Of a stretch of 64,000 bases of DNA, positions 1 through 8,968 are shown in pieces. How positions within the stretch are numbered: the first letter of the stretch is position 1; every line of letters begins with the position of its first letter. Location of the stretch: the sequence record OQ921725.1; one strand, given 5' to 3'. The notes below the pieces were generated by a model, which worked only from the letters and a program-made list of their open reading frames with translations, ran no database searches and was not told the DNA's origin. The position numbers and the translations under genes are program-made.

Positions 1-1050
1 TTTCTCACACTCGAAACCGGTACAACAGAATGTTGAAACCGCAGGTCACAGCGTTGTCCCGAATGTCGGAGTTTGCAGTGATCATGCTGCTGAGCTGCGG
101 AAACTCGGAATGCTCCCGGAGTGCAGCACGTCTAGCGCGCTCCCACATTGCAGGAACATGTGTGTAGGTATGTCTGATTTGAGAGGGAAGGGAAGGGTGT
201 GGGAAGAATGCGAAGCTGAGGGGAAGTGATCAGCACACATGAGCACGTGAGTACACATGTGAGCAGTGAGCGGGAGCGCACGGGGGAGCACGTGAACGGG
301 GAGGGATGCGGGAGCGCGCGGGAGCGGGAGCGTTCGCCCCGGAGAGACGCGCGCACGGTGTCTCTCGGGTGCCTGTCGGGTGTCTGGCCAGACTGCCCGG
401 ATCACTCGCACGGGAGCACGTGAGCAACGGGGATCACTCGGTATGCAGGGTGCGCATGATCATGTGTGTATCTGTGCAGGTGAGCGCACGTGAGCGGGAG
501 CGGGAGCGCGCGGGAATTCAGGGGAATGCGGGAGCACTCGGAACGGGAATGCGCGGGTATCTCGATATCGGTATTTCGCATTCACGTCTGTACTGCTCAC
601 ACCTATTACACACATACACATGAACCTATGCAGTGCAAGGAAAGCGGGAGGTGAGAGAAAAGGAAAGCGAGGGGAAACGGGGAGCGCATTCGGAATTGGT
701 ATAGCTGCTATCTCTCGCCACTCACACAACGAATGCGGGGAGGAATGCAACAGATGGAATGCAGGGGGAATGCGCAGCAATGGGAAGGATGGAAAGCAGG
801 GGGGATTAAGAGCTAGCTAATGCAGGGATATCTAGGCTCTATTCACTAGCTCTATATCTCACGTCAATGCACACACATATGCACAATGAATACACATGGA
901 TATGCAAGGGAATGCGAGCGGGAGTGCGAGCGGTGCAGGTGGGAGAAAACCTGCGGGAAAATTCGCGGGAAATTCTGTCGGAATTCTCTCACGGTAGAAA
1001 ACCAAATGCGGAATTGAATTTGAATTTGGGTCCCAGGTTAGGACCATCCA
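1..1050. repeat. Non-coding, purine-skewed low-complexity region with dispersed short repeats (possible genome-end, packaging or origin region)
   Basis: GAGCACGTGA at 241, 286 and 414; GAGCGGGAGCG-type units near 268, 318 and 493; GAATT cluster at 960-1025; ORFs here lack the GC3-rich codon usage of the real genes. Confidence 0.6.
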
Positions 1051-1071
1051 TCCATCTCCGCACTTTTCGCT

Positions 1072-1275
1072 TCAGCCGTTTTGTCCCCACGGTTCCGGTT
1101 CCGCGCGTTCCTTCTCCTTCAGCCACTGCCGGTGTGTGAAGATCACGCATTCCATCGAGCAGAACGGATCCCCGGAGAGCGTCCAGTACACGGGTCCTTC
1201 TCCGGTCGCGTCGTCGTCCGGCGGGATCTCGTCACCGCAGCGGGGGCAGCGCGCGGAATCAGTAGGAGTAGTCAT
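1072..1275 (-). CDS. Small CxxC zinc-ribbon hypothetical protein
   Basis: MTTPTDSARCPRCG...PFCSMEC; start chosen at the ATG at 1275. Confidence 0.5.
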   Translation of the reverse strand: MTTPTDSARCPRCGDEIPPDDDATGEGPVYWTLSGDPFCSMECVIFTHRQWLKEKERAEPEPWGQNG

Positions 1276-1377
1276 CGCAGATTCCCAGCTTCTTGAGGAC
1301 CCAGTGGAACGGACTTCTGAGGCGAAGGCAGCGGGGGCACACCAGTGCATTCCCCAGCCATGCTTTCGTGCGCGTTC

Positions 1378-1707
1378 TCACCGGCACTCGTTCAGCGCGT
1401 AGGGGATCATCGCGGTCGCCTCCGGCTGGGAGTAGCCCGCCGCCTCAATCGCCGCCAGCATGAGCCGGTAGTCCGGGGAAGAACTCGCGGTCGCGGTTCC
1501 TCCGATCTCACCCTCACCGGGAAGGGGACCGGCGGCTGCCGCGCAGACGGCCGCCTGCTCATCCCAGGTCATGTCGTTCCAGCGCTCGGAAACCTTCTTC
1601 AGGTCCGCCGAGGCCGTCGGTGAGGGCTCGGGGGTGTCCGAACCCCCGCCGGAACACGCTGTGAGCGCCGCCAGGAGCACGGGAACGACCAGCAGGGACC
1701 TCTTCAT
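1378..1707 (-). CDS. Putative lipoprotein
   Basis: AAGGAG RBS; MKRSLLVVPVLLAALTAC signal peptide with lipobox followed by an S/P/T-rich linker. Confidence 0.75.
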   Translation of the reverse strand: MKRSLLVVPVLLAALTACSGGGSDTPEPSPTASADLKKVSERWNDMTWDEQAAVCAAAAGPLPGEGEIGGTATASSSPDYRLMLAAIEAAGYSQPEATAMIPYALNECR

Positions 1708-1859
1708 GGGGTGCTCCTTGGGGAAAACCATCCGGGATACCCGGAATCCTAAGTCCTGAGCCCGGAAAAATCTCGCCGCGCACCCCTATATGGGCCGAAC
1801 TCCAGTTCGATTACAGGTTCCCCTTGGGAACGTCACCCCGAGTAGGGGATGGTGGGTTC

Positions 1860-2066
1860 ATGGACGTCACCGACATCAACGAGTTCAGGAAGAAGAGCGC
1901 TGCAAGGGAAGGAGGTTACGACGGTGCCGTATGCCGCTTCTGCGGTGAGGCGTGGTTCCAGCTCAACGGAGATCCGGTCGGCCTGGTGTGCGTCTCCGAG
2001 GACGGCTCGATCACGGGATACGCCGGATACCTGTACTGCTCCTCATGCGGGAGGCCCCATCGGTGA
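1860..2066 (+). CDS. Small double-CxxC zinc-finger protein
   Basis: CRFCGEAWF...YCSSCG. Confidence 0.55.
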   Translation: MDVTDINEFRKKSAAREGGYDGAVCRFCGEAWFQLNGDPVGLVCVSEDGSITGYAGYLYCSSCGRPHR

Positions 2067-2134
2067 TCCGATGTGCTACCCGCGTAGAGCTTCTTTCGCG
2101 CAGAGTTAGTTACGCCCAGATGTAACTTTCTCTG

Positions 2135-2449
2135 CTACGAGCCTTCGCAGTGTTCGGAGGTTTCCAGCGGAGAGGGCCCCGTGCCCAGGAAGCCGATGCC
2201 TGCGCCGGAGGTGTAGACGACATCGATGTCCGAACCCTCGCGTCCCGGCAAGGCCAGCTTCACCCGGTCCGCCTCGACCGCCGCGAAGCGCAGCTCCTCG
2301 CGATGCGTGTCCAGGAAGCCGCCCCAGATGTACAGGCCACGGTTCTTGCTGGAGTCGATGAACGCCGTCACGCCGACGGTCTCGCCGTCCAGGGTGAGCA
2401 CCGCAGGGCCCACGTAGAAATCCATCGCCATGGGGTGATCATGCAACAC
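2135..2449 (-). CDS. DUF4873-like beta protein, paralogue 1
   Basis: YVGPAVLTLDG...WGGFL...GTGPSPL pattern shared with 2833-3141 and 3138-3410. Confidence 0.5.
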   Translation of the reverse strand: MLHDHPMAMDFYVGPAVLTLDGETVGVTAFIDSSKNRGLYIWGGFLDTHREELRFAAVEADRVKLALPGREGSDIDVVYTSGAGIGFLGTGPSPLETSEHCEGS

Positions 2450-2500
2450 ATTGCGCCTTCCCTCCCGGCATCAGGAGAGAAGGCGCAACGCTGGTGCCGT

Positions 2501-2842
2501 TCAGCTTCGGACCGGAGGCACCTTTTCGGTTGTCTCCGGCTCTTGCCCGGATGCTCCGGAATCACTCAGGTCGCGATCCTCCAGGATGTCCCAGGGGATC
2601 TGCGCACCGTCCGCGAGCGCCGTCAGGGCCTGCTCGCTCAGCGAAACAGGGACGTCCTGATAGATCCACACCAGCCGGACCGGAGTGCCGCCGTAGTCCT
2701 GCCGGAGCAGGCCGATGCACCTTTCCTCCACGTCCCGTTTCGCGAACGGATCCGTCCAGGCGAAGTCGTCCACCTGCGTGGTGGTGAACGGCGTACCGGT
2801 GCGCTTCTTCGCACCGAGGACCACCAGCGTCTTCATGCCCAC
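2501..2842 (-). CDS. Hypothetical protein
   Basis: ORF with RBS in a tightly packed leftward operon. Confidence 0.55.
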   Translation of the reverse strand: MGMKTLVVLGAKKRTGTPFTTTQVDDFAWTDPFAKRDVEERCIGLLRQDYGGTPVRLVWIYQDVPVSLSEQALTALADGAQIPWDILEDRDLSDSGASGQEPETTEKVPPVRS

Positions 2843-3141
2843 CTCTCCTTCCCGGTTCTGTCCGCCGCCCCGAACGGGGGTTCTCCGTGGCCGGTGACGG
2901 CCAGCGGGCCGTCGGCCGGATCGCCCTCGGTGATCGTCACGTAGGTCTCGGGGCCGCCGATCGTCAGAAAGACGTGGTCCGAATGGAGGATCAGGCCCCG
3001 GTCGCGGGTGGAGATCACGTGCAGCAGGCCGCCCCAGTAGCAGATGTCCTCGCCCTGGTAGGAGGCGAGCTGCACGACGCCGTCGACCGTCCTGCCCTCG
3101 ATCACCACGAAGGCGGGACCCTCGTACCGGTCGAGAATCAC
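2833..3141 (-). CDS. DUF4873-like beta protein, paralogue 2
   Basis: YEGPAFVVIEG...YWGGLL...VTGHGEPPF. Confidence 0.55.
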   Translation of the reverse strand: MILDRYEGPAFVVIEGRTVDGVVQLASYQGEDICYWGGLLHVISTRDRGLILHSDHVFLTIGGPETYVTITEGDPADGPLAVTGHGEPPFGAADRTGKERWA

Positions 3142-3410
3142 TTCAGCTCCGGAGGGACGGCGCGCAGACCGGAGATTCTGAGGACCGGGGATTCTTCGTT
3201 CGTGCGGCGCGGAGAGAAGGAGTGCGGGTCTTCCGTGTTGAAGGTGAGGAAGCGGTTGTTGAACCGGGCCTCCATCACCAGCTCCGCACCGGCCGTCGAG
3301 CGCATCGTCAGGAAGCCGCCCCAGAAACCCTCCACCGCCACCAGGTGGGCCTTCGCGTTCAGCAGCGCGTCACCGGCTACGACGAGGACTTCGCCGTCGT
3401 ACGTCCTCAC
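3138..3410 (-). CDS. DUF4873-like beta protein, paralogue 3 (more diverged)
   Basis: GTG start at 3410; TYDGEVLVVAG...FWGGFL...LRISGLRAVPP; 4-nt overlaps with both neighbours. Confidence 0.45.
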   Translation of the reverse strand: MRTYDGEVLVVAGDALLNAKAHLVAVEGFWGGFLTMRSTAGAELVMEARFNNRFLTFNTEDPHSFSPRRTNEESPVLRISGLRAVPPELK

Positions 3411-3544
3411 AGGTCCCCCAGGGTTTCCTTGCGGTAGCGGGCGCGCTCGTGGGCCCGGATGGTCTTCTCGCTGAGCAGGGAGGAGACGACGCCGGAGACC
3501 GTGCCGATCAGGCAGGCCAGCAGCAGGAGCAGCCAGGGGCTCAC
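3407..3544 (-). CDS. Small membrane protein
   Basis: MSPWLLLLLACLIGTVSGVVSSLL hydrophobic helix; GTGA overlaps. Confidence 0.55.
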   Translation of the reverse strand: MSPWLLLLLACLIGTVSGVVSSLLSEKTIRAHERARYRKETLGDL

Positions 3545-4323
3545 ACCTTCCTCCAGCCCGGGATCCACTCTCCCTGGTCGTTGACCTCGTAGTCGCCGAA
3601 GAGCAGTGGGCACTCCTGCTGCATGATCCGGCCGATCCGGTCGAAGACGATGCGGATCTCCTCCTCGGCACCGGCCGCCGTGCGGGACTCGATGGTGTGC
3701 CGCAGGGTGCGGATGTTCGCGCTCCAGACCATGCCGGTGGCCACGCCCTCCGGGGCGAACCGGCGCATGAAGGACGTCTTGTGCTTCTTCTCGGAGAACG
3801 GGACGCCCGGGTCGTCGAGCCCGAAGTGCTCCGCCATCCAGCCCTGGAACTCCTCCATCTCCTTCAGGAGACGGGTCGCCCGTTCCTTCAGCTCCTCGTC
3901 CTGGTCGGTCCAGTCCGGGAACCAGAACGGGAGGTCGGTCAGGCGTACGAAGCGCAGCGACTCCTGAGAGATCGCCGTGCCGACCCGGTGCCGGACCTGC
4001 TCGTGTGTGAAGACGCGGCTCACGTTGTGCAGGGCGAAGGTGAACTGGGCGTGCTCCAGGACGGAACCGTGCCGGGAGGAGAGGATGTTCTCCAGGTACT
4101 TGCCCTGGTCCTCGCGGATCCTCGTCACGTTCTTGTTGAGACCCGGTTCCCAGCTCCGGTAGCAGAAGCGGCCCGCGAACTCCGCGAGGTTCTGGGCGTC
4201 GTCGTCCTCGTCGATCCGTCCGAGCCAGCTCTCGCCGCCGACCTCGTTCAGGTACTCCTCGATCTCGTCGTAGTCCAGTGCCGGAGCACTGATCAGGTAC
4301 ACCCGGGGCTGCACACTCTGCAC
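3541..4323 (-). CDS. thyX: FAD-dependent thymidylate synthase ThyX
   Basis: HGSVLEH, FTHEQVRHR...ISQESLRF (RHRx7S signature); GTG start after GGAGAAGGAG. Confidence 0.95.
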   Translation of the reverse strand: MQSVQPRVYLISAPALDYDEIEEYLNEVGGESWLGRIDEDDDAQNLAEFAGRFCYRSWEPGLNKNVTRIREDQGKYLENILSSRHGSVLEHAQFTFALHNVSRVFTHEQVRHRVGTAISQESLRFVRLTDLPFWFPDWTDQDEELKERATRLLKEMEEFQGWMAEHFGLDDPGVPFSEKKHKTSFMRRFAPEGVATGMVWSANIRTLRHTIESRTAAGAEEEIRIVFDRIGRIMQQECPLLFGDYEVNDQGEWIPGWRKV

Positions 4324-4415
4324 GCTCTTCTCCTTCTCCGCCCGGCTTCCTGCCGGGTCTGTCCGTTCAGCGGCGTGAGGATCCATCCTCGCACCTTCCT
4401 GCGTATTTCCGCAGA

Positions 4416-5132
4416 TTACTCCTGGGTTTTCAGCCCCCACGCCAGCACATTCGTGAGCCCTGGCGTCTGGGCCACCGGGTCGTGCGGCCAGTCGCGCAGA
4501 TCGGCATCCTCCAGCTCGGGCCACGGAGAGCCGCGCTCGATCAGGTGCTGGAGCAGGACATGGAACGGCGCGGTCGCCGGGAGCTGGTGGCGCAGGCCCG
4601 CATGGGTGAGGCCGTGCCGGATGAGCAGACCGGGCAGCGGGGCCGAGGAGGGCAGGTTCATGCGGTCGCAGAGCGCTTCCGAGACAGCCTGGTACGGGCC
4701 GCGCGGCAGGTTGCGGGCCGGGTAGTCGTCGGGGGCCTCCACGAGCAGCACCCCGCCGGGCTTCAGCCACCTCACCAGGTTCGACAGGACGTTCCCCGCG
4801 AACGAGGGGAGCCAGCGGGCGTGCACCAGGCCGAACCGGCGCGGCGGGAAGACCATCGGATCCTCCGGTCCGGCGATACGGACCTCGATGCCCTCCTCGC
4901 GGGTGCCGTTGAAGGGGTCGGCGAAGGGGTCGCGGTCGGCCAGGACGGTCCGGCCATAGAGGCTGAGAGCCCGTGCGGCTCCGGGCGCCCCGAAGGTCAG
5001 GAAGGGGCCCTCGGGAGCGAAGTACTCCATCAGTTCGTCCAGGACGGGGAAGGCGGCGTCGTCCAGGGCGGCCGAGAGCAGGCGTGAGTCGAAGAGCTTC
5101 ATGTCCTGCACGTACCCGTCAGGTGTTGTCAC
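4416..5132 (-). CDS. Class I SAM-methyltransferase-fold protein with degenerate motif I
   Basis: FGLVHARWL...[14 protein letters not shown] matches post-motif IV; motif I reduced to LTFGAPG. Confidence 0.6.
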   Translation of the reverse strand: MTTPDGYVQDMKLFDSRLLSAALDDAAFPVLDELMEYFAPEGPFLTFGAPGAARALSLYGRTVLADRDPFADPFNGTREEGIEVRIAGPEDPMVFPPRRFGLVHARWLPSFAGNVLSNLVRWLKPGGVLLVEAPDDYPARNLPRGPYQAVSEALCDRMNLPSSAPLPGLLIRHGLTHAGLRHQLPATAPFHVLLQHLIERGSPWPELEDADLRDWPHDPVAQTPGLTNVLAWGLKTQE

Positions 5133-5463
5133 TGGGTGTCCCTGTGGTTTCGTCGAGAATCACGATGTCGGCCGACGGACCCCTGAAGTACGGCGGCTTC
5201 GGGTGGCCCTTCACCGCGCTGGAGAACGGGAAGACCCTCGACTGGGTCCACCACATGCCCGTCACGGAGTCCATGTGGCGCCAGCCCGGATGCGGGCCGG
5301 GCTTCAGGTCGCAGGTCCAGTGGGTCACCTGGTCGCCGCAGAAATGCGGGGTCTGAGCCAGTGTGGAGGTCGCCTGGCGCAGGCACTCGATGTACTGCTC
5401 CAGGGTGGCCGCCTGGATGGCACGGGCCAGGATCTGCTCAGGGCGCTTCTTGCGCTTGGTCAC
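5119..5463 (-). CDS. Hypothetical protein
   Basis: GTG start overlapping the upstream stop (GTGA); [17 protein letters not shown]. Confidence 0.5.
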   Translation of the reverse strand: MTKRKKRPEQILARAIQAATLEQYIECLRQATSTLAQTPHFCGDQVTHWTCDLKPGPHPGWRHMDSVTGMWWTQSRVFPFSSAVKGHPKPPYFRGPSADIVILDETTGTPSDNT

Positions 5464-5822
5464 AAGACGTCGGCTTCCTCGTCGGTGGTCAGCCGCTCCA
5501 TGCTCCAGCGGCCGTCCTTCAGGAACATGCGGAACCGGCCCGGCCTGCCCTCCGGCGGACCCGGCATGCCCATCAGGGCCAGGTGCAGTTCGCAGTCCAT
5601 CAGGGCGTCGTCGATGCGCTCGCGCAGCGGATGGCGGATGGTGAACCCGGCGCCGCTGAAGTGCACCACATGGTCGGTCTGGTCGTCCTGGAGGATCCGG
5701 TGCACCGAGTGCGGGTCCGGGCAGTCGTCGCCCATGCAGATGATGCGGTTGACCACCCGCATCTCCTCCGCGTAGAGCGTCTGATTGCCACAGGTGGGGC
5801 AATACCCTTCGAGCAGGATCAC
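5460..5822 (-). CDS. Cys/His-rich hypothetical protein
   Basis: CPTCG...CMGDDC...H; coupled overlaps. Confidence 0.55.
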   Translation of the reverse strand: MILLEGYCPTCGNQTLYAEEMRVVNRIICMGDDCPDPHSVHRILQDDQTDHVVHFSGAGFTIRHPLRERIDDALMDCELHLALMGMPGPPEGRPGRFRMFLKDGRWSMERLTTDEEADVL

Positions 5823-6271
5823 GTCTCGCCCTTTCCGTAGTAGCCGAACTCGTAGATCTTGTTCACGATCCGGGCCGCCAGGTCGCCGACCAGGTAGGCC
5901 AGGATCTCCTCCCGGCTCATGTCCTCATGGGCCGAGCCGTCCTTCAGGCAGTCCTGGTTGTAGATGCTCATCGCCGCGTGCACCACTTCGTGGCTGACCA
6001 CGCTGGTGCCGAGGGCACCGTCGTACATCCGGATGTGGGCCGCCATGGGACTGCGCTTCTCGCTGCCGTCGGCGCCGATGCGCAGGACGTCGATCGTATG
6101 GGTCACGCCGTGGGCCAGGTAGTACTCGTCCTCACGGATGTACCCCTCGCGCTGGCTGTGCTTCAGGGCCGCATCACGCATCGATCCCGCGTCCGAGTAG
6201 ATGGAGACCCGAACGAACCGGCGGCTGCCGGAATGGCGGGTACTCACCCGGAACGACTTCTCCAGGGCCAC
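5819..6271 (-). CDS. HExxH-motif protein (possible zincin-like metalloprotein)
   Basis: [10 protein letters not shown] followed by EEILAYL. Confidence 0.5.
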   Translation of the reverse strand: MALEKSFRVSTRHSGSRRFVRVSIYSDAGSMRDAALKHSQREGYIREDEYYLAHGVTHTIDVLRIGADGSEKRSPMAAHIRMYDGALGTSVVSHEVVHAAMSIYNQDCLKDGSAHEDMSREEILAYLVGDLAARIVNKIYEFGYYGKGET

Positions 6272-6330
6272 GAAGTTCTCCTTTCCCCGGATGGATTCTA
6301 CCGGCGGAAGGGGGTGCGTAGACTGCCGTC

Positions 6331-7230
6331 ATGATCTGCACTTTCATCCCTCCGCACATGTCGAAGAAAGTCGCCGAGACCGACAAGTCTTTCAATGCCG
6401 GGATCAAGGTCGACACCACCCTGCGGGCCGACCGGCTCACCGCCGTCGCCCCCTCCGGTCCGATCCGCGTCTACACCGCCTCCAACAAGGTGGCCATCCC
6501 CGGCTCGCTCGTCCAAGGCGGTGACGACGAAGCGGCTGAGCGGGTCAAGGGCAACGCCTACCTGATCAGCCAGCTCCTGGGGACCGACGAGTTCCCCGAC
6601 GGAGTGGTGCACTACGGCCGGGAGTACGCCAACGCCTTCTTCAACGGCAGCTACCTCGTCTTCGGCGAGGGTGACGGAGCCGTGTTCGGCGACTTCACCA
6701 AGGCGCTCGACATCATGGCCCACGAGTTCGGCCACGCCCTCGTATCGCTCGGGCCGGGCCTCATCTACTCCGGTGAGTCCGGCGCCCTGAACGAGCACCT
6801 GGCCGACGTCTTCGGCGCCTGTGTCCAGCAGTGGGTGAAGCAGGACCAGCACGACTGGCGCATCGGTGAGGAGATCCTGGTCGACGGCCACTCGGCGGTC
6901 CGGCACATGCTGAATCCGGGCACCGCGTATGACAACGACGTGCTGGGCCGGGACCCGCAGCCGGGCCACATGGACCAGTACAAGAAGATCCGGGCCGACA
7001 ACGGCGGGGTGCACATCAACTCCGGCATCCCCAACCGGGCCTTCGCCCTGCTCTGCGAGAAGACCGGGGAGCCGAGCTGGGGACGGCCGCTGGCGATGTG
7101 GCGCCGGGCGATGGAAGATCTCGGACCGCGCTCGACCTTCAAGCAGCTCGCGCTGGCCACGTGGACACACTCCGGCGGGCTGAACCCTGCGGTGCGCGAG
7201 GCATGGGCCGAGGTCGGCATCTCGATCTGA
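6331..7230 (+). CDS. M4 (thermolysin-family) protealysin-like metalloprotease
   Basis: HYGREYANAFFNG, AHEFGH, GALNEHLAD, DNGGVHINSGIPNRAF; N-terminal CTFIPPHM resembles the short PPL propeptide of protealysin-like enzymes. Confidence 0.92.
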   Translation: MICTFIPPHMSKKVAETDKSFNAGIKVDTTLRADRLTAVAPSGPIRVYTASNKVAIPGSLVQGGDDEAAERVKGNAYLISQLLGTDEFPDGVVHYGREYANAFFNGSYLVFGEGDGAVFGDFTKALDIMAHEFGHALVSLGPGLIYSGESGALNEHLADVFGACVQQWVKQDQHDWRIGEEILVDGHSAVRHMLNPGTAYDNDVLGRDPQPGHMDQYKKIRADNGGVHINSGIPNRAFALLCEKTGEPSWGRPLAMWRRAMEDLGPRSTFKQLALATWTHSGGLNPAVREAWAEVGISI

Positions 7231-7233
7231 CCG

Positions 7234-7260
7234 GTTCGGTTTCCCGGGGCCGGACCGAAC
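7234..7260 (+). terminator. Hairpin after the protease gene
   Basis: GTTCGGT...ACCGAAC inverted repeat immediately after the stop codon. Confidence 0.4.
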
Positions 7261-7309
7261 AACTTCCGTTGGCGCGTGGAACGGCGCGGCAACAGGACGG
7301 GGCGTTGCG

Positions 7310-7591
7310 TTGCAGTGGTGGAGCTGGGTGCTGACGGCCGTGGGCGTCTTCGGCCTGTGGCTGGCGGGCAGGAAGAGCCCCTGGGGCTGGGCGGTGGGCC
7401 TGGCGGCTCAGGGGCTCTGGCTCGCGTACGCCATCAGTACGAGGCAATACGGTTTCCTCGTCTCGGCGGGCGCGTACGGATGGGTATATCTCAAGAACTT
7501 CCGTGCGTGGCGCAGGCCCGTTTCTCCTGAATCCGGCCAGGCCCGTGATGGTCTGGATTCATGGCAGAAACCCAAGAGATCATCGTCGTGA
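7310..7591 (+). CDS. Small PnuC-like membrane protein
   Basis: WSWVLTAVGVFGLWLAGRKSPWGWAVGLAAQGLWLAYAI...QYGF pattern. Confidence 0.65.
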   Translation: MQWWSWVLTAVGVFGLWLAGRKSPWGWAVGLAAQGLWLAYAISTRQYGFLVSAGAYGWVYLKNFRAWRRPVSPESGQARDGLDSWQKPKRSSS

Positions 7592-7727
7592 TGGACATGG
7601 ACCGGGAAGCGGTCCGGTTGTGGTTCGAGAAGATCCAGAGCCAGGCCCGGCATCCGCAGTACCAAGGAGGTATCAAGATCCTAGGGCCACTGAAAACCGA
7701 GCGCTGACCTGGACGTTCATCGATCGT

Positions 7728-7958
7728 TTATCCGACGATGCTCACGATCTCGACCGTTCCGTCCTCACTGATGAAGGCCATCTTCTTGCCCTTGTCGACC
7801 TCACGCTCGACCAGTCCGTACACGCTGACGGCCCGGTTCACCACGTCGACCTGCTTGAGCTGGACATGGCTCATCAGCCAGTCGAGTTCGGTCGTGGCCC
7901 TCACCGTGAAGGCGATCGTCGCCCGGCGCCCCACCAGCGGCTTGACATCCTCGACCAT
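7728..7958 (-). CDS. Ribbon-helix-helix (CopG-like) DNA-binding protein
   Basis: Alternating strand RATIAFT, then helices and VDVVNRAVSVY. Confidence 0.55.
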   Translation of the reverse strand: MVEDVKPLVGRRATIAFTVRATTELDWLMSHVQLKQVDVVNRAVSVYGLVEREVDKGKKMAFISEDGTVEIVSIVG

Positions 7959-8025
7959 GCGATCCTCCTCGTGTCTCTTCTCCTGAGCACAGGTTACACC
8001 GAATCGGCACTGAATCGAAACTGAA

Positions 8026-8619
8026 GTGGTGAGGACATTGGCACACGACTCGCTCGCTCAGGTGATGGTGGACTACGCCGCGCAGGGCATGACGCTTGCG
8101 CAGATCGCCGCCCGGACTGGGATGGAGATCGAGGCCGTCCACGAGCGGATGAACGCGTACCTCGAAGACCAGGCGACGAGCATGTCCATCGTGCAGATGC
8201 GCATGCTCCAGCTCGCCCGGCTGGAGAGGATCCTCGGCGCCCTGTGGCAGCAGGTGATGGACGGAGACCTCCTCACCCAGGGGCGCAACGCGAAGAACCT
8301 GATCGAGACGGTCCGCGAGATCACCGAACTGATGGACCTGAAGAAGGACCGGCTGCGCGACGAACAGATCCGGCTCACACAGGCGCAGACCCAGCTCGTC
8401 ACCACGGCGATCGAGGCCATCCGGGTGGGCATGCTGGAGAAGGTCGTCGACCTGCTGCCCGAGGAATCCCGGGAGGCCGTCGAGCAGATGTGGGGCGAGG
8501 TCTTCCCCGCCATGGCCGCCGACGCCATCGCCCGCAACTCGGCCGCGATCGTCAAGGTGGGCGGCAACAGCACGACCGGACCCATCGAGCTGGAGCCGGT
8601 GATGGAGGAGTTCGACTGA
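8026..8619 (+). CDS. N-terminal HTH helical protein, putative terminase small subunit
   Basis: GMTLAQIAARTGMEIEAVHERM HTH followed by long helices; rightward and upstream of TerL. Confidence 0.45.
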   Translation: MVRTLAHDSLAQVMVDYAAQGMTLAQIAARTGMEIEAVHERMNAYLEDQATSMSIVQMRMLQLARLERILGALWQQVMDGDLLTQGRNAKNLIETVREITELMDLKKDRLRDEQIRLTQAQTQLVTTAIEAIRVGMLEKVVDLLPEESREAVEQMWGEVFPAMAADAIARNSAAIVKVGGNSTTGPIELEPVMEEFD

Positions 8620-8963
8620 TGCCCCTCGATGCGTACGTGGAGCGCTGGGCGCAGAACCCCGACGGCGGCGGCGTGTTCACCGGTCAGCGCGACCTGATCC
8701 TCGCCCACGACCAGGACTGCGAGTCGCTGAAGAACGCCTGGTTGCCGCGCCGGAAGGGGGTCTCCTGCCCGAGTGATCTGATGGAGTGCGAGACCTGCGG
8801 CATCACGTTCTTCTGGGAGGGGCTGACCGGTCTGTTCGACGACTGCCCCGAATCGTTCTGGTACTTCTGCCGCTGCTGCGCCGCGAAGGCTCTCGCGTGC
8901 CCCTGTGGTGGCGACTGCGTTCATGATACGAATGGACAAACTCTGTCGCCTGCTGTTGACTGA
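8619..8963 (+). CDS. Cys-rich hypothetical protein
   Basis: TGATG coupling; CETCG, CRCC, CPCGGDC. Confidence 0.55.
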   Translation: MPLDAYVERWAQNPDGGGVFTGQRDLILAHDQDCESLKNAWLPRRKGVSCPSDLMECETCGITFFWEGLTGLFDDCPESFWYFCRCCAAKALACPCGGDCVHDTNGQTLSPAVD

Positions 8964-8968
8964 ACCGC

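Noticed and set aside
226-530. Short repeats as a CRISPR array
   Set aside because: Units are 10-12 bp, degenerate and irregularly spaced, with no constant repeat and unique spacers
82-1139. ORFs of 60-109 aa in the first kilobase
   Set aside because: Products are repeat-derived (ARERER, HTH/CV runs), lack RBSs and have atypical codon usage; treated as non-coding
2108-2127. AGTTAC-N8-GTAACT palindrome as a shared operator
   Set aside because: Lies between convergent stop codons and no second copy was found; more likely a terminator-associated hairpin
3541-4770. 409-aa ORF as an N-terminally extended ThyX
   Set aside because: The extra N-terminus overlaps the methyltransferase gene in another frame; a good RBS and GTG at 4323 give a normal-sized ThyX
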